A stretch of DNA of 49,318 nt from positions 1 to 49,318 of the IMG/VR virus record IMGVR_UViG_3300035137_000063. The stretch is one strand, 5' to 3'. Under the pieces are notes generated by a model. It did no database searches, was not told the DNA's origin, and saw only the letters and a program-made list of their open reading frames with translations. Below, piece by piece: positions 1-11,549 of the stretch (positions are counted from its first letter, which is position 1; each line of letters opens with the position of its first letter). The stretch comes from a virus. A program made the position numbers and the translations under genes.

Positions 1-127
1 GCCTCCAGTGCAGCAGCCGCCTCCAGTGCAGCAGCCGCCTCCAGTGCAGCAGCCGCCTCCAGTGCAGCAGCCGCCTCCAGTGCAGCAGCCGCCTCCAGTG
101 CAGCAGCCGCCTCCAGTGCAGCAGCCG
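1..127 (+). repeat. 18-bp in-frame tandem repeat (PPVQQP)n with 6 full units plus partial units. It is the same array as 49192-49318.
   Basis: Direct reading: unit gtgcagcagccgcctcca starts at 8, 26, 44, 62, 80 and 98, and diverges after 116. Positions 1-116 equal 49203-49318. Confidence 0.95.
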
Positions 128-445
128 ACGCAGGCAGCGATGTCGGCACAGGGCCAATACGGCGGTCCTCAGGCAGCACAACCTGTCTATCATCAGGTGC
201 CGATCACGCAGGGGTTTCCCCAGCAGCCTCCAACGCAGATGCCCATGCAGCTGCCGCAGGCGCCTCTGCCTCCGCAGCAGCCGACCGTGCAGCCTCCGCA
301 GCCTCCTGGGCCGCCTCCGGCCAATGCGCCTGCGTTGCCGCTGTCGATTCCGGATGCAGTCAAGATCCTGGAGCTCGTTTCGCAGGGGTACCAGGCAGCT
401 GCACAGTACCTACGCGGTAGGATGGACGACGACGTCCCGTTTTAA
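2..445 (+). CDS. 3' part of the Cas4-like nuclease gene that begins at 48271 and spans the window junction. Contains PPVQQP repeats, a P/Q-rich linker and the acidic C-terminal tip ...RGRMDDDVPF.
   Basis: The frame is open from the window start to TAA 443-445. The 18-bp unit (gtg cag cag ccg cct cca) has the same codon phase as in the ORF that runs off the window end. The next gene starts at ATG 448. Confidence 0.75.
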   Translation, partial: PPVQQPPPVQQPPPVQQPPPVQQPPPVQQPPPVQQPPPVQQPTQAAMSAQGQYGGPQAAQPVYHQVPITQGFPQQPPTQMPMQLPQAPLPPQQPTVQPPQPPGPPPANAPALPLSIPDAVKILELVSQGYQAAAQYLRGRMDDDVPF

Positions 446-447
446 GC

Positions 448-5092
<4,645 letters not shown>

Positions 5093-5109
<17 letters not shown>

Positions 5110-5716
5110 GGAAAAGAGAAGATCGGCTTGGTCACAGACCCATCACGGGGCAGCGGTTAACCTGTTGGATCCTGATCCCAGGACAATAGGGTTTCTGGAC
5201 ATCAGCAGGCACCTGTCCAGGATCGTGCGTTATACAGGCGGAGGCGATCCAGCCATTACTGTGGCGGAGCATTGCGTACTCGGATCCAGGATGGTTACCG
5301 ATGCCATTGCGCTTGAGTTTTTGATGCATGATGCCCACGAGTACATAATAGGGGACATCACACGACCTGTTATTGTGGCCGTGCAGTGTATCTGCCTGGA
5401 ACATGGTATGCACGCCGATCCGATAGCGATTATTAAAAACCGTGTGCAGAGGGCCATAGAAAGAAAATGGTCCCTCAAGGGCGGCGGATGGGTGGATAGC
5501 GCCATCAACGAGGCGGATGCCCGCATGCTGCAGACCGAGCGCCTACAGATTCTGGGGCCGCCTCCGCCGCCGTGGTCCCTGTCTGACGGCGTCCCTCCCT
5601 ACGATCTGGCAATCGAAGGTTGGTCGCCGGAACAAGCCGAGTTCGAGTTTAGATCGACCTTCATCGAGCTGGCCACGAAGCGCGGCATCAGATTGACAGG
5701 GGAGCTGTCGCAATGA
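5093..5716 (+). CDS. HD-domain phosphohydrolase (YfbR-type 5'-deoxynucleotidase-like)
   Basis: 207 aa with the H...HD...D pattern (VAEHC ... FLMHDAHEYIIGDI). Overlaps the polymerase 3' end by 17 nt. Confidence 0.65.
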
Positions 5717-6234
5717 AATTGCTGGCTGTGGATCCCGGGGTGCGCGCATGCGGGTGGGCTCAATTCGAGTATGGCTCGAAAGACAGAGTTCGTTTTGCCA
5801 AGCTTGCCGGATGCGGCCTCGTGCAGGATAGTAGGTTGCATACCGAGGAAATGGATCGCTTTGTCAGTATGGGTGTATTACTCAGACGGATCGATTGCGA
5901 GCGATTCGTGATAGAGGCGCCGCAGATCTACCGAGCCGGCCGGCAGAAGGGCAGGCAGTCCGACATTGCTCGCCTGCTCGTGCTGTGCGGCGTGCTGTGC
6001 GGCGTGCGCGGATATGGCGAGCTCGTGTTGCCGCACGATTGGAAAGGCGGCACCCCGAAGCCGGACAAGGCGTCTGATATCGAAAGCTACATCGTGCACC
6101 GGCGCAACGCGAGGACCCTCGGTAAGGGCTATTTGCCAAGGGCCGTGCCCCCCGGGAAGGCGCACAACGTGGCGGACGCGGTCGGTCTGGGCCTGTGGCG
6201 TGTGCGGCAATTGTTGACGGACACGCGACCGTAG
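5713..6234 (+). CDS. RuvC-fold Holliday junction resolvase
   Basis: 173 aa. MKLLAVDPG (Asp), FVIEAPQ (Glu), HNVADAVGLG (His/Asp). ATGA overlap with the upstream gene. Confidence 0.7.
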   Translation: MKLLAVDPGVRACGWAQFEYGSKDRVRFAKLAGCGLVQDSRLHTEEMDRFVSMGVLLRRIDCERFVIEAPQIYRAGRQKGRQSDIARLLVLCGVLCGVRGYGELVLPHDWKGGTPKPDKASDIESYIVHRRNARTLGKGYLPRAVPPGKAHNVADAVGLGLWRVRQLLTDTRP

Positions 6235-6242
6235 GGTAGGAT
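6214..6242 (+). promoter_or_regulatory. Sigma70-type promoter: TTGACG, 17-bp spacer, TAGGAT. The ATG at 6249 lies 6 nt after the -10 element, predicting a leaderless mRNA.
   Basis: Hexamers read directly. There is no Shine-Dalgarno sequence before ATG 6249. Confidence 0.5.
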
Positions 6243-6248
6243 CTGCCG

Positions 6249-6473
6249 ATGCCTCCTCCCAATATTCCAGGCATGCTCGAGGTGGCCGAGTTGCTGGCCG
6301 ATGGGCCGCGGACCATCGAGGGCATCATGTCCAGCTGTGGTATTAGCCAGCGCACGGCCTATCGGCGCCTGGACATGCTGCGCCGGCACGGCTACGATGT
6401 GGTGGCCCGGCCCGGGCCAGACGGGGTCACCGTAGAGATCCTGGACGTGCCTGCGGATCCGCCGTCGGTTTAA
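6249..6473 (+). CDS. Small winged-helix/HTH DNA-binding protein
   Basis: 74 aa. The segment TIEGIMSSCGISQRTAYRRLDMLRRHGY resembles a helix-turn-helix. Confidence 0.6.
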   Translation: MPPPNIPGMLEVAELLADGPRTIEGIMSSCGISQRTAYRRLDMLRRHGYDVVARPGPDGVTVEILDVPADPPSV

Positions 6474-6480
6474 CAAAATC

Positions 6481-6509
6481 TTGGCATTCGACAAAAATTG
6501 CCGTACAAT
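6481..6509 (+). promoter_or_regulatory. Sigma70-type promoter: TTGGCA, 17-bp spacer, TACAAT
   Basis: Lies in the intergenic gap. It is followed by GGAGG (6517-6521) and ATG 6527. Confidence 0.6.
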
Positions 6510-6526
6510 GCGCTTTGGAGGTGTGC

Positions 6527-6781
6527 ATGCCGCGCTCATTTGATCTCGACACGCTCGCTCGGCTGGTCGCGCTGTTGCAGCGCCCGCGCACATTTGCGGC
6601 ATTGCAGGGCCGGCTCGGCGTGGACAGGGCCACGATGTACAGGTGGTTGGGCCGGGTGGATACCGCCGGTAGACAGGCAGGTCAGGAGCTCGTGGTCCGC
6701 GGGAGCCGACACGGGCCCGGCAGCCTGCAGTACCAGCTGGTGCTGACCGAGGTGCTTGATTCCGTTGATGAAAAAAGTTGA
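6527..6781 (+). CDS. Second small HTH DNA-binding protein, loosely similar in layout to 6249..6473
   Basis: TFAALQGRLGVDRATMYRWLGRV resembles an HTH. GGAGG lies 5 nt upstream of ATG 6527, which is in frame with the ORF-track start at 6515. Confidence 0.6.
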   Translation: MPRSFDLDTLARLVALLQRPRTFAALQGRLGVDRATMYRWLGRVDTAGRQAGQELVVRGSRHGPGSLQYQLVLTEVLDSVDEKS

Positions 6782-6801
6782 TCTTTTCGTATCGATACCT
6801 C

Positions 6802-6830
6802 TTGATATCTGCGACAAAATCGCCGATACT
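6802..6830 (+). promoter_or_regulatory. Sigma70-type promoter: TTGATA, 17-bp spacer, GATACT. The ATG at 6837 lies 6 nt after the -10 element, predicting a leaderless mRNA.
   Basis: Hexamers read directly. There is no SD sequence before ATG 6837. Confidence 0.5.
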
Positions 6831-6836
6831 AGGATC

Positions 6837-7130
6837 ATGACGACGACACAAGACATTAGAGGTTGGCGGCTAATCACGGTGGAGTATGGAGAGCCGCAAG
6901 TCGGTGACGACCTAGCCCCGAGTTACGTGTGGATAGGTGACGAGCCGACGGACGAAATGCTATCTGGTACATGCGCATTCGATACTCGTGCGGCATGCGA
7001 GCAGTATGCCAAATATTCGCGCGGATGGATAGTCGAGCTGACGGGCGAGGATTACAGGTACGGTGAGCTGGATGGCGAAATCATCATCGAGTCGGCCTGC
7101 GTCGTCAGTGTGGAGACATGGAGACAGTAA
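6837..7130 (+). CDS. Acidic hypothetical early protein
   Basis: 97 aa from ATG 6837, in frame with the ORF-track start at 6756. By my count 19 D/E versus 7 K/R. Confidence 0.6.
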   Translation: MTTTQDIRGWRLITVEYGEPQVGDDLAPSYVWIGDEPTDEMLSGTCAFDTRAACEQYAKYSRGWIVELTGEDYRYGELDGEIIIESACVVSVETWRQ

Positions 7131-7153
7131 CAACGACCAACAAGGAGAAGACG

Positions 7154-7735
7154 ATGAAAGACAGCAATCTAGTAGTAGTCGAGACGATCCCCGAGTACCT
7201 CCGCGCCAACCACACGGCCGCGGGCAACAGCGGTGTCTGGCCGCACAACGGAGCCGAGCGCGTCGTGATGGACAGAGCCGATGCTGAGGAGCTCGTCGAG
7301 CACGATCCCGAGTGGTCGGAGATTCTCGAGAGCGAAGATCCCGCGGACTACACCGACGACGGGCAAGCGCAGGAGACGGCGACTCTCGAGGAGCAGTGGT
7401 GGGCCTGGCACGATGCGGACTACAGCAGGTGGGATTACGAGACGGTACAAGAGGCTGAGGCCGTCTGCGCCGCATGGGTGCGAGGTGAGTCGGATGTCGG
7501 GCCAGAGCGCGATTGCGGCGACGACGATGACGACGAGCAGAAGACGATGATGAAGACCTACAGAGCATGCTACTGGATATCAAGTAACTGCCAAGCCGAC
7601 GTGTTACTCACCTGCGAGGATCAGTCACACATGACGGACGACGAGCTGCTCAAGATTGCTCTACGCAATGCTGGTGAGGTCGGGTTGGATCTCTCGACCG
7701 GCTCCCTCGTGATCGGTGAGTGGACCGAGCAGTAG
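7154..7735 (+). CDS. Very acidic hypothetical early protein
   Basis: 193 aa from ATG 7154, with AAGGAG 6 nt upstream. By my count 47 D/E versus 12 K/R, including a DDDDDE run. Confidence 0.65.
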   Translation: MKDSNLVVVETIPEYLRANHTAAGNSGVWPHNGAERVVMDRADAEELVEHDPEWSEILESEDPADYTDDGQAQETATLEEQWWAWHDADYSRWDYETVQEAEAVCAAWVRGESDVGPERDCGDDDDDEQKTMMKTYRACYWISSNCQADVLLTCEDQSHMTDDELLKIALRNAGEVGLDLSTGSLVIGEWTEQ

Positions 7736-7800
7736 TCCTGCCCCGGCTCCTCGGGATACCGAGGGGCTTGGCAGTATTACCGCAGACACAGGAGACGACG

Positions 7801-7986
7801 ATGGCAAAAGCAAGTTACGAAACGATCGCAGCCGGACACGGGAAAGGTTTTACAGTTGAGCTGATAGAGGCCCTTAGCGGGCTGTCTGTCTACGTCAACG
7901 GAGAGCGTCTCTCCGGTCCGACGCACAACCGTGACAAAGCCATCCTCGAGTACACCAAGCTACTCCGCCAGTACACTGGGCAATAG
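7801..7986 (+). CDS. Small hypothetical protein (61 aa)
   Basis: The initiation region is caggagacgacgATG. A GC-rich hairpin (7751-7766) lies upstream. Confidence 0.55.
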   Translation: MAKASYETIAAGHGKGFTVELIEALSGLSVYVNGERLSGPTHNRDKAILEYTKLLRQYTGQ

Positions 7987-8040
7987 CCCGTCTGCCACGC
8001 CCTCCCGCCGCCGGGCCGGAGGGTATGGCAGCGCTATCGC
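7984..8040 (+). repeat. Copy 1 of a perfect 57-bp intergenic direct repeat containing an imperfect GC-rich hairpin
   Basis: tagcccgtctgccacgccctcccgccgccgggccggagggtatggcagcgctatcgc is identical to 8261-8317. Confidence 0.95.
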
Positions 8041-8050
8041 TACAGAGGAG

Positions 8051-8254
8051 ATGACGATGTCACCAGTCAGATTTCTAAAGACTCAGGATATGTGGGTGTT
8101 ATGCGTGGTGGACCGCACCTACCAACCGCTAGGTCGAATTGAGAAAAAGCGGTCTGGTTGGCAATTTGTGCCTAGTCACCATCGATTGATGTCGTGCTTG
8201 CCTATTAGCCGCAAAGAAATCGATAAGAAGGTATCCGAGCTTAACAATTCATAG
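8051..8254 (+). CDS. Small hypothetical protein (67 aa)
   Basis: The initiation region is gaggagatgacgATG. ATG 8051 is in frame with ORF-track 7931..8254, whose upstream part covers the repeat. Confidence 0.5.
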   Translation: MTMSPVRFLKTQDMWVLCVVDRTYQPLGRIEKKRSGWQFVPSHHRLMSCLPISRKEIDKKVSELNNS

Positions 8255-8260
8255 CAGCAG

Positions 8261-8317
8261 TAGCCCGTCTGCCACGCCCTCCCGCCGCCGGGCCGGAGGG
8301 TATGGCAGCGCTATCGC
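8261..8317 (+). repeat. Copy 2 of the 57-bp intergenic direct repeat
   Basis: Identical to 7984-8040. Confidence 0.95.
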
Positions 8318-8538
8318 AGGAGACGACGGTGACACAGACCAAGCGATGCACATGCTGCGGCACTAGCTACAGTTTGCAAGAGTGGCATGAGCTGCCACTG
8401 ATCGGCCGCATGCCGGTGGAGATGCGAGAGCCCGGTGAGCCGGCCGAGCTCGAGCTGCGCAATTGCTCATGCGGCACCACCCTGTCGGTCGGCATCATGG
8501 ACGATGGTGCCATCGTCATGGAGCCCGAGCTGTCATGA
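8302..8538 (+). CDS. Small Cys-rich (zinc-ribbon-like) protein
   Basis: Cys pattern CTCC...CSC. The start is either ATG 8302 (inside the repeat) or GTG 8329 (caggagacgacgGTG, the same initiation region as 7801). Confidence 0.55.
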   Translation: MAALSQETTVTQTKRCTCCGTSYSLQEWHELPLIGRMPVEMREPGEPAELELRNCSCGTTLSVGIMDDGAIVMEPELS

Positions 8539-8753
8539 GGTACGTGGGCAGGCCCCCAGGCGAAGGCCAAAGGGATGATGTGCTCGGCCTGCGACGCATG
8601 CGCGAGCAGGTCGAGATCATGCGCACGGAGCTCGGCGCCGGCGACACGTCCGATGCCGAGGAAGCATACCGCAGCACGCTTAGATCGGCCGCTCGCGGCG
8701 CCATGCTGCTCGAGCGCCTGAAAAGAAACCGAAAGAAAGGAGCATCGCAATGA
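8535..8753 (+). CDS. Small hypothetical protein (72 aa)
   Basis: ATG 8535 overlaps the upstream stop (ATGA). It is in frame with the ORF-track start at 8463. Confidence 0.5.
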   Translation: MRYVGRPPGEGQRDDVLGLRRMREQVEIMRTELGAGDTSDAEEAYRSTLRSAARGAMLLERLKRNRKKGASQ

Positions 8754-8889
8754 GACTGCTTGGACGAACCGGGAGACGAATCGAAATATTTGTGCATTCG
8801 GCGTGGGCCGAACGGCACCTGTACAAGACGCTGCTGGGACTACTGCTGGCAGGCTTGGTTCTGTCGCTGTCGTTTTGCGGAGCATTGTG

Positions 8890-9384
8890 ATGCCGGCATG
8901 GGATGGCAGGCGCCTGTGCGGCAGGTGCGGGAAAAGAAAACCCCTAAACACGGACCATTTTGATCGCATAGACGGCCGCTACAGCAGCGAATGCATTTTG
9001 TGCCAAAAAGGCATTCGCATGTGTAACAGTTGTGGCGAGGCTTTTCCATTGAACACCAATCATTTCTACAAGCAGCCTCGAAACAAGGATGGTTACCACC
9101 ATGAATGCATAGGGTGCATGAATGCCAGGAAGACACGCGGGCTCGAGGCCAACCAGCGGTTCGGTAAACGATGGGTGTGCAAGGCGTGCGGCTGGGTGCA
9201 TTTCGGTCGGAGCACGATCTGCAGCCATTGCAAGAGCGATCAACGCAAGCCGGCCGACAACGTGGCGTTTGTCGTCGACACATTCGGCAACATGACAAAG
9301 CAATGGAGCAACAGCGAGGACAGGGGCGTCAAAACGGGCGCAGGTGCTCCGATGACCCATCCTGACGGGACACCTTGGGGGTAG
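8890..9384 (+). CDS. Multi-zinc-ribbon protein
   Basis: GGAG lies 7 nt before ATG 8890. Two CxxC-x4-PLNTxHF-...-CxxC modules are followed by WVCKACGW...CSHC. The frame upstream of 8890 has low third-position GC. Confidence 0.6.
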   Translation: MPAWDGRRLCGRCGKRKPLNTDHFDRIDGRYSSECILCQKGIRMCNSCGEAFPLNTNHFYKQPRNKDGYHHECIGCMNARKTRGLEANQRFGKRWVCKACGWVHFGRSTICSHCKSDQRKPADNVAFVVDTFGNMTKQWSNSEDRGVKTGAGAPMTHPDGTPWG

Positions 9385-9386
9385 TC

Positions 9387-9977
9387 ATGTCGATGATTAT
9401 AGGGTTTATAGTGGGGTGTTTTGCTTTCTACTTGATGGAGACTTTTGTGTTGTCAGAAAAGATCAAGACGGTTGTATATATCGCTTGTGCTTTGGTCTTT
9501 GCCGGAATACTGCTGTGCAGCTGCGGTGGCTGGACCGACTGGTCCAAAGAGCAGGCCAAACGCGTCCAAATACTCGGCGAGCCTGTGGACGAGACCTCCG
9601 TACGTGATGCTGTGACTAAGGTGCTGGGTGGTAGTGACATGCACACGTTTGCGATTTGGTTTACAAACAGTCCAGTGAAAAATGACGATGGCGAACAGCT
9701 CGGAGGCATGGCATCTTTGTGCAACACGGACGAGGATGTGCGTGTGTACATCCCTGAGGGGACAGTGTGCATCTTTGACACCAGCCTGGTGCATGAGCTC
9801 ATGCACCGGTATGATCGCTACGTGCTAGGTAGGAAATGTTCAAGCATAGGGCTAGATCCACATCCCGTTTGGATGTTTGGTGAATGTGGTAGCGGAGGCA
9901 TGGTCAAAGAGATTAATGACGAAATGCGCCTGCGGCATTGCGACAGCTACAGACCGTCACCGGATCGCGAATGTTGA
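9387..9977 (+). CDS. Membrane-anchored putative zinc metallopeptidase (HExxH)
   Basis: Two N-terminal hydrophobic helices (MIIGFIVGCFAFYLM and VVYIACALVFAGILLC) and an HELMH motif. Confidence 0.55.
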   Translation: MSMIIGFIVGCFAFYLMETFVLSEKIKTVVYIACALVFAGILLCSCGGWTDWSKEQAKRVQILGEPVDETSVRDAVTKVLGGSDMHTFAIWFTNSPVKNDDGEQLGGMASLCNTDEDVRVYIPEGTVCIFDTSLVHELMHRYDRYVLGRKCSSIGLDPHPVWMFGECGSGGMVKEINDEMRLRHCDSYRPSPDREC

Positions 9978-9987
9978 CAGGTGCACA

Positions 9988-10200
9988 ATGATCTTTAAAA
10001 TGTCCGATGACGGCGAATGGTATTGGCACATGGACGACATGGATGCGATGGTTGCGCTGGTGGCGCATTTGCATGTTGCCCTATTTCTGATGCAGCACGG
10101 CCTGGACGACACTGGCCTGTCCAGGCCCATGCAGGACATACTGGATCAAGCTACCTTCATACTTGCCAACGCAAAGCTTATCAAGGGGATTTCCGAATGA
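9988..10200 (+). CDS. Small hypothetical protein (70 aa)
   Basis: ATG 9988 follows the upstream stop. The gene ends in an ATGA overlap with the next gene. Confidence 0.5.
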   Translation: MIFKMSDDGEWYWHMDDMDAMVALVAHLHVALFLMQHGLDDTGLSRPMQDILDQATFILANAKLIKGISE

Positions 10201-11084
10201 AGCTGCCGAACCTCAAGAAGACAATCAAGAACAACAACATTTGTGCTGCCATGCGGTGCAAGGCCGATGCCGCTGCGACAATCGATGCAAGGCAGGTCTA
10301 TCCCGACAGGCAAAAGGATGCGGCAATGCTCCCGTTGTGCGCCGCACATCTCAATGCCGTGCAGGCAGCCTGCCATGGGCCTGCACAGCAGCCCGCCGTT
10401 CCGGAAGCGTTGGGACAAGCCGAAGTCGTGACCGTATCTATGCAGGAGCAGGCACAGGCACAGGCAGACGAAGGTGTACGGGCCATGCTTGCCGTGCTGG
10501 CCGACAGGGCTGTGCGCGACAAGGCGGAGGAGGATCTGCACACGAAAGAGGAGACCCTTGCCATGCTCCGGGCCCTCCCCATACGCGATCAAAAAGATAT
10601 CGACTCGGCAGACGGTATCCTGCGGGACATCAAAACGAGGCATAGCTGGTGGAAGGCTACCAAGACCAGATGCCGCAAGCCTTTTAACGCCATGCTCAAC
10701 GAGGTCAGCAGCTGGTGCAATCCGTCAATCGACTTCTATGCCGAGGCCGAGCGCATTGTCAAGGCGCGCATTAGAGATGGCCGCGAGAAGCTGGAGAAGG
10801 AGCGCCAGGCAGCGCTGCAATCCGTCCAAGGGGCACATCAAGCAGGGGATATGCGGACGGTGCAGGCTATGGTGCAAGTAGCATCCGCTGTCGAGACGCA
10901 CCTGCCGAAAGGGATGCACCAGATCGAGCACTACGCTTTCCAGATCAACTCACCTGATCTGGTGCCGCGTGAATTCTGCAGTCCCGATCCTGTCAAGATA
11001 CGTGCTCATGCCCAAAGGTACGGCACTTCGATGCCGATCCCTGGCGTGACCATATGGCCGGATGATACAATGGTGCAGCGCTAA
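10197..11084 (+). CDS. Hypothetical protein with a central coiled-coil-like region
   Basis: 295 aa from ATG 10197 (ATGA overlap). I recognised no diagnostic motif. Confidence 0.55.
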   Translation: MKLPNLKKTIKNNNICAAMRCKADAAATIDARQVYPDRQKDAAMLPLCAAHLNAVQAACHGPAQQPAVPEALGQAEVVTVSMQEQAQAQADEGVRAMLAVLADRAVRDKAEEDLHTKEETLAMLRALPIRDQKDIDSADGILRDIKTRHSWWKATKTRCRKPFNAMLNEVSSWCNPSIDFYAEAERIVKARIRDGREKLEKERQAALQSVQGAHQAGDMRTVQAMVQVASAVETHLPKGMHQIEHYAFQINSPDLVPREFCSPDPVKIRAHAQRYGTSMPIPGVTIWPDDTMVQR

Positions 11085-11347
11085 TGATCTTCAATGAGGA
11101 TCAAAGCCGGTGGTGGTTGTGTTTGGAGTTGTCCGACGTGTCAAAAGACGTGGCCCTCAAGTGGGCCCGCATACAAATGGATCCCGATAGGGCCTCTAGG
11201 ATATGGCGCGGGCTGAGGCGCAAGGGCATCCAATACGGATGCGTGTCGGGCCTGGCGGCGGCCGTTCGCAGGTACCTGTTGGATGCCGGTCGATGGCGGG
11301 AGATATACGAGCCTGGATCCGTCAAGGAGGACATGTCCGATGGCTGA
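11084..11347 (+). CDS. Hypothetical protein (87 aa)
   Basis: The ORF abuts the upstream stop. Confidence 0.5.
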   Translation: MIFNEDQSRWWLCLELSDVSKDVALKWARIQMDPDRASRIWRGLRRKGIQYGCVSGLAAAVRRYLLDAGRWREIYEPGSVKEDMSDG

Positions 11348-11549
11348 GCTGCTGCCGCTGTGTGTCGCATGCACCGTGCTCGGCGCCGTCATGGGCACGG
11401 TATTGGGTCTCGGATTGGCCTGGAGATGGCGACTGCTGTGCAGCTGGCTTGAGTGGCGGCAGTCAATGCGCCGCAACGACACCAATAGCGAGTCCGCCGG
11501 CGAATCCGATTGCCCCTACGACGATCACGACTGTCAGGGCAAGGCCTGA
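11340..11549 (+). CDS. Small membrane protein (69 aa). It is the last gene of the + strand block.
   Basis: ATG 11340 overlaps the upstream 3' end (ATGGCTGA). TM segment LLPLCVACTVLGAVMGTVLGLGLAW. Third-position GC is high throughout. Confidence 0.5.
   Translation: MAELLPLCVACTVLGAVMGTVLGLGLAWRWRLLCSWLEWRQSMRRNDTNSESAGESDCPYDDHDCQGKA

Noticed and set aside
1-127. Tandem arrays (1-127/49192-49318, 2348-2700, 44530-44825) considered as CRISPR arrays
   Set aside because: The units are directly adjacent with no spacers, are 18 or 30 bp long (multiples of 3), and sit in frame inside ORFs. No cas genes other than the Cas4-like nuclease fold are present.
7769-8317. Sigma54-type promoters: TGGCAG-N5-(C/T)CGCA with GG-N10-GC spacing, in front of the three small genes (GG at 7770, 8027 and 8304)
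   Set aside because: The spacing fits, but the TGGC is part of the hairpin stem in the 57-bp repeat. The predicted +1 would fall on or beside the start codons and remove the conserved AGGAG. No enhancer-binding protein or upstream activator sites are evident. I kept it only as an alternative hypothesis.
8760-8963. 67-aa + ORF and the upstream extension (from GTG 8803) of the zinc-ribbon gene in the 8754-8889 gap
   Set aside because: Third-position GC is low across this stretch, there is no SD sequence, and a good GGAG-N7-ATG lies at 8890. I treat the stretch as intergenic, possibly holding a weak promoter (TTGGAC-18-AAATAT) that I could not support well enough to call.
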